IMG/VR virus record: IMGVR_UViG_3300025084_000169
Location: 1 to 27,413 of that record
Source of the DNA: a virus
Taxonomy: Duplodnaviria > Caudoviricetes
DNA: 27,413 bases
Strand: one strand, 5' to 3'
Part shown: in pieces, positions 10,357-20,241 of the stretch
Numbering within the stretch: position 1 is the stretch's first letter
Layout: every line of letters starts with the position of its first letter
Notes under the pieces: model-generated
The model's input: only the letters and a program-made list of their open reading frames with translations
The model's database searches: none
What the model was told of the DNA's origin: nothing
Translations under genes and position numbers: made by a program

Positions 10357-11943
10357 ATGCCTGCGTTCGTTACAGATCAATTTAGAATACTATCTACAAA
10401 TAATTTTGTAGATACTATATCTAACGGAAGTGATTATTATTATATTTTTGTTGGATTGGCAAATCCTGGAGTATCGGGATATGGTAGAAATGCTAATTGG
10501 GATAATACTGAAGGTGTAAATGCTAATGATTCAATACTACCAAACCCAGTAGATAATTTTGATTACTTGCCTCATTATGGAGATACTATTTTATATGGAA
10601 AAAGAATAATTCCCGAAAATATTCGTAGATGTGTACGAAAAATTGAATGGAAGCAGGGAACTACTTATGATATGTATCGTCATGATTACAGTGTCGCCAA
10701 TAGAACTGCAGTGACAGATAGAAGTAGATTATATGATTCAAATTATTATGTAATGAATGATCAATTTCAAGTATATATTTGTCTTAGCAATGATTCGAGT
10801 GGAATTAATACTGGCGGAACTCAGTCTCAAGATAAACCAACATTTACAGATTTAGAACCATCAAAAGCAGGTTCTAGTGGTGATGGGTATCTCTGGAAAT
10901 ACTTATTTACAGTATCACCTTCAGATATTATAAAATTTGATTCCGTTGAATTTATACCTTTACCTAATGATTGGGCAACATCAACAAATACTCAGATATC
11001 AAATATTAGATCTAATGCAGACTCAGATATAAATAAGAATCAAATAAAATTTGTATATATAGATGAAAGAGGGAGTGGTGGATATACTTCTGGAGAAGTT
11101 GACATTTATGGTGACGGAAGTGGTGCTAAAGTGTTTGTTGAAACCGATACGTCTGGGAAAATATTAAAAACAACAGTCACTTCTGGAGGATCTGGGTATA
11201 CTTATGGAGTTGTAGATTTAGGACCACTTCAAATTAGTGACACATATACAACTCCGGCTAAACTGATTCCAATAATTCCACCATCTAAAGGTCATGGGTA
11301 TGATATTTATAGAGAGTTGGGTGCAGATAAAGTTCTAGCATATTCTAGATTTGATGGATCAACAAAGGACTTTCCTTTGGACACCAAATTTGCACAAATT
11401 GGAATTTTAAAAAATCCAAGTAAATTTATATCAACAGAATCTTATACAGATTCTACTTTTTCTGGGGTATACTCACTGAAAGTTACTTTGAGTGATGGTT
11501 CTACTTCACCAGATGTTGGAGAAAAAATAACACAAACAGTTGAAGGAGGAGTTGCTCAAGGATATGTTGCCTCATATGACGGCGAAACGTCAGTTTTAAA
11601 GTATTTTAAAGATCGTTCTTTATTTTACAACCCTACCACATTTGATCAAGCAGATTATGTTGGAGTTACAACTACAGCATCTAATGCAATCTTAGATTTT
11701 GGAGGCACAAATTCAATTAATGGATCTAGCGGAAATTTTGTTGCAAGCATAGATACGACTTTCAATCTCAGTAGTATTACTGTAAATAATAAGTTGATAA
11801 CCCTAGATTCAACTTTCAGTTCTGGCGTATCAGAACCTGAAATAAATAAAACATCTGGAGATATTATTTTTATCGATAACAGACCCTTGGTATCAAGGAA
11901 CTCTAGACAAAAAGAAGACGTAAAAATTATTCTAGAATTTTAA
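10357..11943 (+). CDS. gp8: Baseplate wedge subunit gp8
   Basis: 528 aa. T4 gp8-family motifs: W..GTTYDMYRHDYS, NYYVMN..FQVYICLSN, GDGYLWKYLFTV...IIKFDS.EFIPLP, and C-terminal SGDIIFIDNRPLVSRNSRQKEDVKIILEF. Follows gp7. Confidence 0.92.
   Translation: MPAFVTDQFRILSTNNFVDTISNGSDYYYIFVGLANPGVSGYGRNANWDNTEGVNANDSILPNPVDNFDYLPHYGDTILYGKRIIPENIRRCVRKIEWKQGTTYDMYRHDYSVANRTAVTDRSRLYDSNYYVMNDQFQVYICLSNDSSGINTGGTQSQDKPTFTDLEPSKAGSSGDGYLWKYLFTVSPSDIIKFDSVEFIPLPNDWATSTNTQISNIRSNADSDINKNQIKFVYIDERGSGGYTSGEVDIYGDGSGAKVFVETDTSGKILKTTVTSGGSGYTYGVVDLGPLQISDTYTTPAKLIPIIPPSKGHGYDIYRELGADKVLAYSRFDGSTKDFPLDTKFAQIGILKNPSKFISTESYTDSTFSGVYSLKVTLSDGSTSPDVGEKITQTVEGGVAQGYVASYDGETSVLKYFKDRSLFYNPTTFDQADYVGVTTTASNAILDFGGTNSINGSSGNFVASIDTTFNLSSITVNNKLITLDSTFSSGVSEPEINKTSGDIIFIDNRPLVSRNSRQKEDVKIILEF
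11841..11848 (+). promoter_or_regulatory. Possible internal late promoter AATAAATA in the gp8 3' end
   Basis: NATAAATA box (encodes E-I-N-K) about 100 nt upstream of the 11947 start. Could be chance in AT-rich DNA. Confidence 0.4.
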
Positions 11944-11946
11944 AAA

Positions 11947-14900
11947 ATGGCACAAAAAACAAATCTTAACATAAATCCATATTTTGACGATTTTGATGCT
12001 GATAAGAATTTTTATAAAGTTCTTTTTAATCCAGGTAGACCAATTCAGTCTAGAGAATTAAATACTATTCAATCTATACTCCAAAATCAGGTTGAGACCT
12101 TTGGAAGTCATATATTTAAAGAGGGATCAAAAGTAATACCTGGCGGAATACATTATGACTCTAGTTATCATGCAGTAAAATTAAACACACTTTCTTTTGG
12201 TGTAGAAATTTCACAGTATCTTGAAAAGTATATTGGAAAAAAAATAAGAGGACAAACTTCTGGACTTACAGCTACAGTAAAATCTGTAGTTTTTCCAAAT
12301 AATCAAGTTTCTGATACTACAATATATGTAAAGTACTTAGATTCTGATAATGGGTTATCTGGCGGTACATTTTTAAATGGAGAAAGTTTATTATCAACAG
12401 AAATAATATCATATGGTATAAACAATATTACAATATCTAGTGGATCTCCATTTGCATCATTAATTTCTTCTAATGCAACTGATATTGGATCTGTAGTATC
12501 TATTGATAATGGCATTTATTTTATACGAGGTAATTTTGTATCAGTATCTAAACAAACTTTAATTTTAGAATATTATTCTCAATTCCCATCATATAGAATA
12601 GGGTTAAATGTATCCGAAGAAATTATAACTGCAAAAGAAGATAGAACATTATATGATAATGCTAAAGGATTTAATAATTTTTCATCTCCTGGTGCAGATA
12701 GATTTAAAATAAACCTATCTTTAACTAAAAAGCAATTAACAGATCTTAATGATACAAACTTTGTAGAGTTATTGCGTGTTGAAGGTGGTATTTTAAGGAA
12801 AACTGAAACAGAGACAGATTATAATCTTATTAAGGACTATCTTGCCAAGAGGACATATGATGAGTCTGGAAATTATACTGTAGATCCATTCAGCATATCT
12901 TTATCAAATTCTTTAAATGATTTGCTTGGTAATAATGGAAAATATTTAACTGGAAAACTAACATCTCAAGAAAATACCCCTTCTGATGATCTTATGTGTC
13001 TCACAGTAAGTCCCGGAAAGGCTTATGTCAAAGGGTATGATGTTCATAAAACATTTGGTACGGTTATAGATGTTGATAAACCTAGAGACACTCAAACTAT
13101 TAGTGATGTTCTGGTTCCATTTGATTTGGGAAATAGATTAAAAGTAAATAATGTTTATGGATGTCCAACATTGAAGGGAAATGTAGATTTCTATGATCAG
13201 AGAAGAGATGCCACAACATTGACTGCTCAAGGAGAAAAGATAGGAGATGCTAATGTATATCTTTTCAAAGTTACTGATGCTGCATATACTGGTAGTTCAA
13301 CATCATGGGATCTTCACGTTTATGATTCCTCATTATTTACAGAATTGACATTAGGAACCACTTTATCTAGCTCTGAAATAAAAGTATCTTCTAAAGTAGT
13401 TGGACAAGCAAGTGGTGCTATTGGATATGCAGTTAATGATGGTTCTGGATCTGCAGTTATAAAAGTAAGAGTAGAATCTGGTAGGTTTATTCAAAATGAG
13501 ATAATTCATATTGATGGTATAGAAGAAAATAAAAGAAATATAAAATCTTTAAAAGTATTTTCTTCTGAAGATATTAAATCTGTTGTTGATACATCTAATA
13601 GTTTAAAGTTTTTTGCGGACGTAATATTAAAAACTAAAATAGCGCCAGGATATACTGCCAATGATAGCGTAAGTATTGCAAGAGTTGATAATAATTCCGC
13701 AACTTTGACATCCACTAAACCATTTAGTGGAATAAAGGTGAAAGATATAGTAAAATATACAATACCAACAGATACTACAGAAACCTTCAACCGTGTAAGT
13801 GCTGTCAATACCAATAGTTTAACTTTAGTGCCAGAGAAAAATGTATCTGGAGTGAATTCTGGACTAGTTCCAAGTGCTTCAGATGGAAATTCTGGCACTA
13901 TTGAAAATGTAAGTTTTAAAATTGGAACTTCGGAAATAGAAAATCCGGAAAAAGGATACTTATACTCAATTCTTCCAAATAGAACTATTGAAACCGTAGA
14001 TCTGTCAGGATCTCAATTAACATTTACATCACAGATAACAGGATTTAATTCATCTGTTGGAGGAGATCTATTAATATCCGTATCTATTGGAGATTTTAAT
14101 TTTGCAAACAATTCTGGAACGATAAAGTTTGATGCCTTTGATGCGGAAAAATATTCTATTCATTACAGTGATGGTGTTATAGAACCCTTGACACAAGATA
14201 AAGTTGTATTTACAAATAATTTTACAACTGTAACATTTAATAATATTCAGAATAAAACGATATCTTCAATAACAGCATCATTTGTAAAATCTAGTATACA
14301 AAGCAAAACGAAGGTATTTAAAAAAAGTGAAACTTTAGATGTATCTCTTTCAAAATATAAGAGTTCAGGATCTAATGCAAGTAATAGTAGTAATGATGGA
14401 TTGACATATAATAGATATTATGGATTAAGAGTTCAAGATGAAGAAATTTGCTTAAGGTATCCAGACGTTGCTAGGATTATCGCTGTTTATGAAGAATTGG
14501 ATGGTCGTACTATATCTTTAGATACAATTAACTTTTCTTCAATTTATTCTGTAGGCGATAATGTATTGATAGGCGAAGAATTTGAAGGATTATCATCACA
14601 ATCTGTTGCAAGAGTTATCGAAAAAACAACTAATAGTGTAACTATTGCATATTTAAATAGTCCCAAATTTCAAATTGGAGAAAATGTTAAATTTAGATCT
14701 ACAAATACTGATGCCATTATTGAGTCAATTACACCAGGATCTTACACTGATATAACATCCTCGTTTAAATTAGATAAAGGACATAAAGATGAATATTATG
14801 ACTACTCTAGGTTAATTAGAATCAATGGTGAAGCAGAACCAAGTAGAAAAATAAAAATTATTTTTGATCGCTATGATGTAAATGCAGTAGATAATGGCGA

Positions 14901-17900
14901 TTTATATTCTGTACTAAGTTATGATGCGGAAAATTATGGATCTACAATTCCTCGTGTAGGACGTTTTGGAATTAAAGCGTCAGATATTTTAGATTTTAGA
15001 CCAAGGGTCTCTTATTTTAGTAGCAGCACTAGTTCGCCATTTTCTAAGGATGGAAGATCTTTTGGAAATTCTCCAAAAGTTATAATTACACCAAACGAAG
15101 CAACATTAATTTCCTATGATGTATACTTGCCTAGAATTGATAAATTGTATTTAGATTCTACTGGAACTTTTTCTTTGGAAAAAGGAATTTCATCATTACA
15201 ACCTAAAGCACCCAAAAAATCTCCTGATTTATTAGAATTAGCTACAATATTATTGCCACCATATCTTTTTGATATTAGTGACGCAAGAATTAGTATGATT
15301 GATAATAAAAGATATACAATGAGAGATATTGGTATAATACAAGACAGAGTAGAAATTTTAGAAGAAGTAACATCATTATCTTTACTAGAATTAAATACTC
15401 AGGCATTGCAAATAAAAGATTCTGATGGATTTGATAGATTTAAAACTGGATTTTTTGCAGATTCATTTAATAATAATGATTTCATTGATGTACCTTTCTC
15501 TTTTTGTGAAGTTAATCAAGACTCCAAGGAATTAACCCCTCTGAAAATGAGGAATGTAGTTCCATATCAGGTTTTGACTGAAAGTGATATAAGTAATACT
15601 GAATATGATTCTTCACAAGATTATACTCTGTTAGATAATAGAGTTAAGAAAACTGGAAATGTTGTAACATTAAATTACACTAGTAGAGAGTGGGTCAAGC
15701 AAGAGTTAGCAACGAGAGTATCAAATGTCAATCCATTCCATGTTATTCAATATGTTGGCGATATTCGATTGAATCCTTTTGAAGATATTTGGATAAGAAC
15801 CGTACAACTAGACAATAAAACACTTACACATAGTTTAACATTAAATTTAGAAAGTAATATACAAACAGAAACACTTAATCTCGGAAATCTACAAGATAAT
15901 ACAACAGGTGCTCCATTAGGTTTAAATCAATATAGAGATACATTTACAACCCTCAATCTAAGTGATGCTGATACGGGAAATATTAACAAAATAGTAACCT
16001 CTGATTCTGATTCAGATACCTCTTCAACTAATGAAACTACATTTGTTGATAGTGAAATAGATCAATTTATGAGATCTAGAAATACTGAATTTTCATCTTC
16101 AAACTTGAAAGCATCTACTAGGTATTATGCTTCTTTAGATGGAATTAGTAATATTGATATTACGCCAAAGTTAATTGAAATTACACAAGATCTTCAGTTA
16201 AGTAGTCCGGGATCTGATGGTGTTTTTGAAGTAGGTGAAAATATATCTGTTTGGGATGATGCTATTGAAATTATGAGATTCCGACTTGCAGAATCTAATC
16301 ATAAATCTGGGGTATATAACTCTCCAAATAGAGTTTATGATGTAAATCCATATAGTAAAAATGAATCTATGCCAGCAGGATATAGTCAATCTTCTACTAC
16401 ATTGAATATTGACACATTATCTTTATCAGATGATTCTGCAGGTGAAGAATATGGTGGATATCTTCTAAAAGGAGCAATCTTAATTGGTGAGACGAGCGGT
16501 GCTATTGCATATGTCAAAGATATTAGATTAGTTACAGATAACTATGGTGATGTAATAGGCACATTCTTTATCAGAGAACCACATGAGAATCCAGTACCAG
16601 CAGTAAGAATTCCGACAGGAAATAAAACTTTCAGACTATCCTCTTCCGAAGAAAATAGTCTAGGCATTGTTGGATCCACGGATATTTCTTCTGCAGAAAC
16701 AACATATAGTTCTAGAGGAACTGTTAACAAATTCCAAAATACGATAAGAGTAATTGAGTTAACTGGTAATTTAACCACAACTAATCAGGTTAGAACAAGA
16801 ACTCTAACTGCAGTTAGGAATGAGAATATATCCAATATTGAGACACCGACTCCAGTCGTTAATAATATTACTAATGTAACTCAAGATATAACCAATGTAA
16901 CTAAAGTTACTAAAAATATTACCCAAATTATTGAGCAGCAGCGACATGATGATCCTTTAGCGCAAACTTTTTTGGTTGGAACTGCTAGGGGATTAAATTC
17001 ATTCAATGATGATGAACTTGGAGCATTTCTAACTTCAATTGACTTATTTTTTGCTTCTGTAGATTCTGGAAATGCTCCAATCACAATCCAAATTAGAACC
17101 ACCGAATTTGGAACTCCCACGTTAACTATGATTGGTGATCCAGTAACACTAAGACCAACAGATAAAGTTGATGGAGAAACTATTTTAAGAGACAATATAT
17201 CTATTGATGGAACTGTTGCAACAAAGGTAACTTTCCCATATCCAATATATTTACCTCCAGGTTTAGAATATGCAATTGTCTTGATGGCACCAGAAAGTGA
17301 TGAATATGAGGTATTTACTGCAAAAATGGGAGAAAATACATTAAATACTGCTAATTTACCAGATGCTGAATCTGTAAGATATACACAGCAGTTTGCAATT
17401 GGCAGTTTATTTAAATCTCAGAATGGATCTACATGGACACCAGATCAGTATGAAGATATGAAATTTACTTTATATAAAGCAGAATTCACATCTACTGAGG
17501 GAATCGCCTATTTTGGTAACACTCCACTTTCAAAGGGAAATAGTTATATTCGTAAACTGACTAATAATCCATTAACTATTCTTCCAAGAAAATTAAAAGT
17601 TGGCATTGATACCATAACTGATGCAGGTCTTCTTACAGATTTAACTGCAGGAAGAAAAATTCAAGATACTACTAAATCTTATGTTCAGGGTATTATTGAA
17701 AGTGTTGGTGGTCTTGCACATACAGTAAGCATTGACACTGGTGGAAGAGGATATTCTAATGGTAGTTCTTCAGTATCAACATTCAACATAACTGGAAATG
17801 GATCTGGGTTAACATTAAGTGTAAATGCTACTAATGGTATTATTGACAGCGCAACTCCAGTTTCTAAAGGAAAAGGATATGCAATTGGTGATGTTGTTGG

Positions 17901-19503
17901 AATCGTTACTTCTGATATAACAGGAACTTCTTCAGTACCTAGTGGAGAAAATTCTAGAATCACAATTACAAGTAATGATAGTAGTATTGATACGTTATAC
18001 CTGACAAATGTTGCTGGCGATTCATTTAACCTCCAGGATTTAATTTACTATAATGATGGTGGTGGTGCTGTGTCTCTTGCTAACACACATATACAGTCAT
18101 CGGAGACATATTTATCTGATTATTATGATGGGACATATGCTCTAGTAAATCATTTCGATCATGGAATGTATGCTACAAATAATATTGTTTCAATTTCTGC
18201 AGTATCACCAGATACATCAAAAATCAAAATTACTTCATCAATTACAAGAAACTCTCAATCTATTAACGTTAGCAGTTTAGATATTTCTCTATTCCAACAA
18301 TTTGAGGGTGCAGATGTTTCAAGTACAAATCCTGGGTATTTGATAGTTAATAGTGAGTTAATGAGTTATACTTCCGTAAGTGGTACAGAAATTGGAGGAC
18401 TTTCTAGAGGTCTTGAAGACACTATTGCAGTGCCACATCCTTCAGAGACATTTATTCAAAAATATGAGTGTGGTGGTGTTTCATTACGCAGAATTAACAC
18501 TAAGCATAATATTGTAGATACTGGAATTGATATCAATTCTTATTATATTAAAATACCAATAGGATCTTTAGATATTGATAGCAATCCTATAGCTGTTAAT
18601 AGAAATACTGATGGTTCTACAGGTAGTAATCCTGCATTATCATTCAATAAGGAAAAAAGTGTTGGCGGTACCAATGTATATGCTTCAGAAAATGTTCTTT
18701 ATGATACAGTAACTCCATTCATAAGTGCTATACTGCCACCAGAGTCTGAGGCATCTATATCCGCACAATTAAAATCTGTGAGCGCAACTAGTGTGAATGG
18801 TAATGAAACATCATTTTTGGAGCAACCATATGTAGACGTGGAATTAAATCAACCCAATAAAATGAATTCTTTGAGTATGGTAACATCGAAAGTTAATACT
18901 GAAGAGTTTTTACCTAATCTATTAAAAAGCAAGTCAAGTGTCTTATCATTGAGTCTTTCTACTACAAACTATAATTTATCTCCAATGATATTCTTGGATA
19001 CTGCTTCTGCAGAATATACAAAATATCTGATTAATAATCCAATATCAGATTATATTTCGGATAAAAGGACTTCTAATTTTATAGAGGATCCACATGCGGC
19101 AGTTTACATCTCAAAAACTATTAATTTGGCAAGACCTTCAAATACTCTAAGAGTGAATATTAGTGCATATAGACACAAATCTGCTGATTTTAGAGTTATG
19201 TATTCATTAATTAGACCAGAAATGAATACTACTTTGAAAATTTTTGAAATGTTCCCTGGATATAATAACTTAACTTCAGATTTAGATTCTGATGGATTTT
19301 TGGATATTGTTGATTTATCCAATAATAGTGGTTTGCCCGATAGATTTACTTCTAGTAGTGCTGATAATGAATTTATACAATATCAATATACAGCACCAAA
19401 TGTTGGACCATTTGTAGGATTTACAATTAAAATTGTTATGTCTACAACAAAAATGGATAAATATCCAAGGTTTAAAGACATTCGCGCAATTGCATTGTTA
19501 TAA
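11947..19503 (+). CDS. Large virion structural protein, DUF4815 / VrlC-like (baseplate/tail-associated)
   Basis: 2518 aa. N-terminus NLNINPYFDDFD..KNFYKVLFNPGRPIQSRELNTIQSILQNQVE.FG.HIFKEGS; APGADR-like SPGADRFKI, LAKRTYDESGNY.V, PGKAYVKGY, YLPRIDKL, RYTMRDIG, RFKTGFFADSF, DPLAQTF, GSLFKSQNGSTW, and C-terminal PRFKDIRAIAL. These are all hallmarks of the family that follows gp8 in cyanomyoviruses. Confidence 0.85.
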   Translation: MAQKTNLNINPYFDDFDADKNFYKVLFNPGRPIQSRELNTIQSILQNQVETFGSHIFKEGSKVIPGGIHYDSSYHAVKLNTLSFGVEISQYLEKYIGKKIRGQTSGLTATVKSVVFPNNQVSDTTIYVKYLDSDNGLSGGTFLNGESLLSTEIISYGINNITISSGSPFASLISSNATDIGSVVSIDNGIYFIRGNFVSVSKQTLILEYYSQFPSYRIGLNVSEEIITAKEDRTLYDNAKGFNNFSSPGADRFKINLSLTKKQLTDLNDTNFVELLRVEGGILRKTETETDYNLIKDYLAKRTYDESGNYTVDPFSISLSNSLNDLLGNNGKYLTGKLTSQENTPSDDLMCLTVSPGKAYVKGYDVHKTFGTVIDVDKPRDTQTISDVLVPFDLGNRLKVNNVYGCPTLKGNVDFYDQRRDATTLTAQGEKIGDANVYLFKVTDAAYTGSSTSWDLHVYDSSLFTELTLGTTLSSSEIKVSSKVVGQASGAIGYAVNDGSGSAVIKVRVESGRFIQNEIIHIDGIEENKRNIKSLKVFSSEDIKSVVDTSNSLKFFADVILKTKIAPGYTANDSVSIARVDNNSATLTSTKPFSGIKVKDIVKYTIPTDTTETFNRVSAVNTNSLTLVPEKNVSGVNSGLVPSASDGNSGTIENVSFKIGTSEIENPEKGYLYSILPNRTIETVDLSGSQLTFTSQITGFNSSVGGDLLISVSIGDFNFANNSGTIKFDAFDAEKYSIHYSDGVIEPLTQDKVVFTNNFTTVTFNNIQNKTISSITASFVKSSIQSKTKVFKKSETLDVSLSKYKSSGSNASNSSNDGLTYNRYYGLRVQDEEICLRYPDVARIIAVYEELDGRTISLDTINFSSIYSVGDNVLIGEEFEGLSSQSVARVIEKTTNSVTIAYLNSPKFQIGENVKFRSTNTDAIIESITPGSYTDITSSFKLDKGHKDEYYDYSRLIRINGEAEPSRKIKIIFDRYDVNAVDNGDLYSVLSYDAENYGSTIPRVGRFGIKASDILDFRPRVSYFSSSTSSPFSKDGRSFGNSPKVIITPNEATLISYDVYLPRIDKLYLDSTGTFSLEKGISSLQPKAPKKSPDLLELATILLPPYLFDISDARISMIDNKRYTMRDIGIIQDRVEILEEVTSLSLLELNTQALQIKDSDGFDRFKTGFFADSFNNNDFIDVPFSFCEVNQDSKELTPLKMRNVVPYQVLTESDISNTEYDSSQDYTLLDNRVKKTGNVVTLNYTSREWVKQELATRVSNVNPFHVIQYVGDIRLNPFEDIWIRTVQLDNKTLTHSLTLNLESNIQTETLNLGNLQDNTTGAPLGLNQYRDTFTTLNLSDADTGNINKIVTSDSDSDTSSTNETTFVDSEIDQFMRSRNTEFSSSNLKASTRYYASLDGISNIDITPKLIEITQDLQLSSPGSDGVFEVGENISVWDDAIEIMRFRLAESNHKSGVYNSPNRVYDVNPYSKNESMPAGYSQSSTTLNIDTLSLSDDSAGEEYGGYLLKGAILIGETSGAIAYVKDIRLVTDNYGDVIGTFFIREPHENPVPAVRIPTGNKTFRLSSSEENSLGIVGSTDISSAETTYSSRGTVNKFQNTIRVIELTGNLTTTNQVRTRTLTAVRNENISNIETPTPVVNNITNVTQDITNVTKVTKNITQIIEQQRHDDPLAQTFLVGTARGLNSFNDDELGAFLTSIDLFFASVDSGNAPITIQIRTTEFGTPTLTMIGDPVTLRPTDKVDGETILRDNISIDGTVATKVTFPYPIYLPPGLEYAIVLMAPESDEYEVFTAKMGENTLNTANLPDAESVRYTQQFAIGSLFKSQNGSTWTPDQYEDMKFTLYKAEFTSTEGIAYFGNTPLSKGNSYIRKLTNNPLTILPRKLKVGIDTITDAGLLTDLTAGRKIQDTTKSYVQGIIESVGGLAHTVSIDTGGRGYSNGSSSVSTFNITGNGSGLTLSVNATNGIIDSATPVSKGKGYAIGDVVGIVTSDITGTSSVPSGENSRITITSNDSSIDTLYLTNVAGDSFNLQDLIYYNDGGGAVSLANTHIQSSETYLSDYYDGTYALVNHFDHGMYATNNIVSISAVSPDTSKIKITSSITRNSQSINVSSLDISLFQQFEGADVSSTNPGYLIVNSELMSYTSVSGTEIGGLSRGLEDTIAVPHPSETFIQKYECGGVSLRRINTKHNIVDTGIDINSYYIKIPIGSLDIDSNPIAVNRNTDGSTGSNPALSFNKEKSVGGTNVYASENVLYDTVTPFISAILPPESEASISAQLKSVSATSVNGNETSFLEQPYVDVELNQPNKMNSLSMVTSKVNTEEFLPNLLKSKSSVLSLSLSTTNYNLSPMIFLDTASAEYTKYLINNPISDYISDKRTSNFIEDPHAAVYISKTINLARPSNTLRVNISAYRHKSADFRVMYSLIRPEMNTTLKIFEMFPGYNNLTSDLDSDGFLDIVDLSNNSGLPDRFTSSSADNEFIQYQYTAPNVGPFVGFTIKIVMSTTKMDKYPRFKDIRAIALL
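16864..16926 (+). repeat. Short in-frame tandem repeat (NITNVTQ / DITNVTK / VTK / NITQ)
   Basis: aat att act aat gta act caa | gat ata acc aat gta act aaa | gtt act aaa | aat att acc caa: a degenerate 21-bp unit just before the DPLAQTF motif. Confidence 0.7.
19456..19463 (+). promoter_or_regulatory. Possible internal late promoter GATAAATA for the two small downstream ORFs
   Basis: NATAAATA box (encodes D-K-Y) about 40 nt upstream of the ATG at 19503. Confidence 0.45.
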
Positions 19504-19709
19504 TGAAATTAGTAAAAGTTGAAGGTCATTCAAATCTTTATAGAGATTCAAATACTGGTGCTATCATCAATAAAGATTTGAATGGTTATGATCAGTATTT
19601 GCAGAGTTCTTCTAGTAGAATAAACGCAAAAAAAGAAATTGAACAACTAAAAAATGATGTAAAAGAAATCAAATCTTTATTAAAGGAGTTAATCAATGGA
19701 TCCAGATGA
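19503..19709 (+). CDS. Conserved small T4-like phage hypothetical protein with C-terminal coiled coil
   Basis: 68 aa, translationally coupled by a TAATG overlap to the DUF4815 gene. KVEGHSNLYRDSNTGAIIN N-terminal motif and heptad-like EIEQLKNDVKEIKSLLKELI, as commonly seen right after DUF4815 genes in T4-like marine/freshwater phages. Confidence 0.8.
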   Translation: MKLVKVEGHSNLYRDSNTGAIINKDLNGYDQYLQSSSSRINAKKEIEQLKNDVKEIKSLLKELINGSR

Positions 19710-19860
19710 TATAAAACTTGAAAAAATTTCTAAGCAATTCGAATATTATAAAATTTCTTCTGAGATTAATGATATCGAATCTTTAGAACTTTTAAAAGAT
19801 ATTGCTAAATCTTATGCTAAATTATATTTGAAGCAGCAGGAAGTGTTGTCTATAATTTGA
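19696..19860 (+). CDS. 54-aa protein, NblA-like (putative phycobilisome degradation adaptor); not in the ORF track
   Basis: ATG at 19696 with AAGGAG at 19683-19688 (7-nt spacing); TGA at 19858-19860. Translation: MDPDDIKLEKISKQFEYYKISSEINDIESLELLKDIAKSYAKLYLKQQEVLSII. It fills the gap between the 68-aa and 113-aa ORFs. CDS status is well supported. The NblA call rests only on size and the helix-loop-helix pattern (L..S.QFE...h...I......L+.hAK.h..hY..Q). Confidence 0.6.
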   Translation: MDPDDIKLEKISKQFEYYKISSEINDIESLELLKDIAKSYAKLYLKQQEVLSII

Positions 19861-19861
19861 T

Positions 19862-19869
19862 GATAAATA
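19862..19869 (+). promoter_or_regulatory. Late promoter GATAAATA upstream of the 113-aa ORF / gp13 operon
   Basis: NATAAATA in the 33-nt intergenic gap, 24 nt before the ATG at 19894. Confidence 0.75.
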
Positions 19870-19893
19870 GATAAGAACTTAAAATAAAGGTAA

Positions 19894-20235
19894 ATGTCTG
19901 CACCTTTTGCACTGAATTTATCAATAAACACTTCAACAAGTTTTTCACAGACTTTTAGTTTAACTGATGATGAAGGTGCTGCTTTAAATTTATCCGAATA
20001 TACTTATGCTTCACAAATAAGAAAGCACCCAAATAGTACCACTGCTGTTAGTTTTGCTACTACAACAGTAACACCATCAAGTGGAGAACTTACAATATCT
20101 TTAGAACCATCTGACACTGTAGATTTAAAACCAGGAAGATATGTTTATGATGTTGTATTGACAAGAACTCTTGATAATAACATATCAAGAGTTCTGCAGG
20201 GTTCTGTATTAGTATCGAAGACAATAACGAGGTAA
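19894..20235 (+). CDS. Small virion structural protein, BppU-N/Ig-like beta-sandwich type
   Basis: 113 aa. NL.I....SFSQTFSL......LNLS.YT..SQIRK...S.....F......GELTISL....T..LKPGRYVYDVVL......RVLQG.V.V....TR is the pattern of the conserved small protein found before gp13 in cyanomyoviruses. Confidence 0.7.
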   Translation: MSAPFALNLSINTSTSFSQTFSLTDDEGAALNLSEYTYASQIRKHPNSTTAVSFATTTVTPSSGELTISLEPSDTVDLKPGRYVYDVVLTRTLDNNISRVLQGSVLVSKTITR

Positions 20236-20241
20236 TAAAAT

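Noticed and set aside
3576-11035. Perfect TATAAATA at 3576-3583 and 11028-11035
   Set aside because: Both are deep inside gp7 and gp8, far from any downstream start. They cannot be distinguished from chance, so they are not called as promoters.
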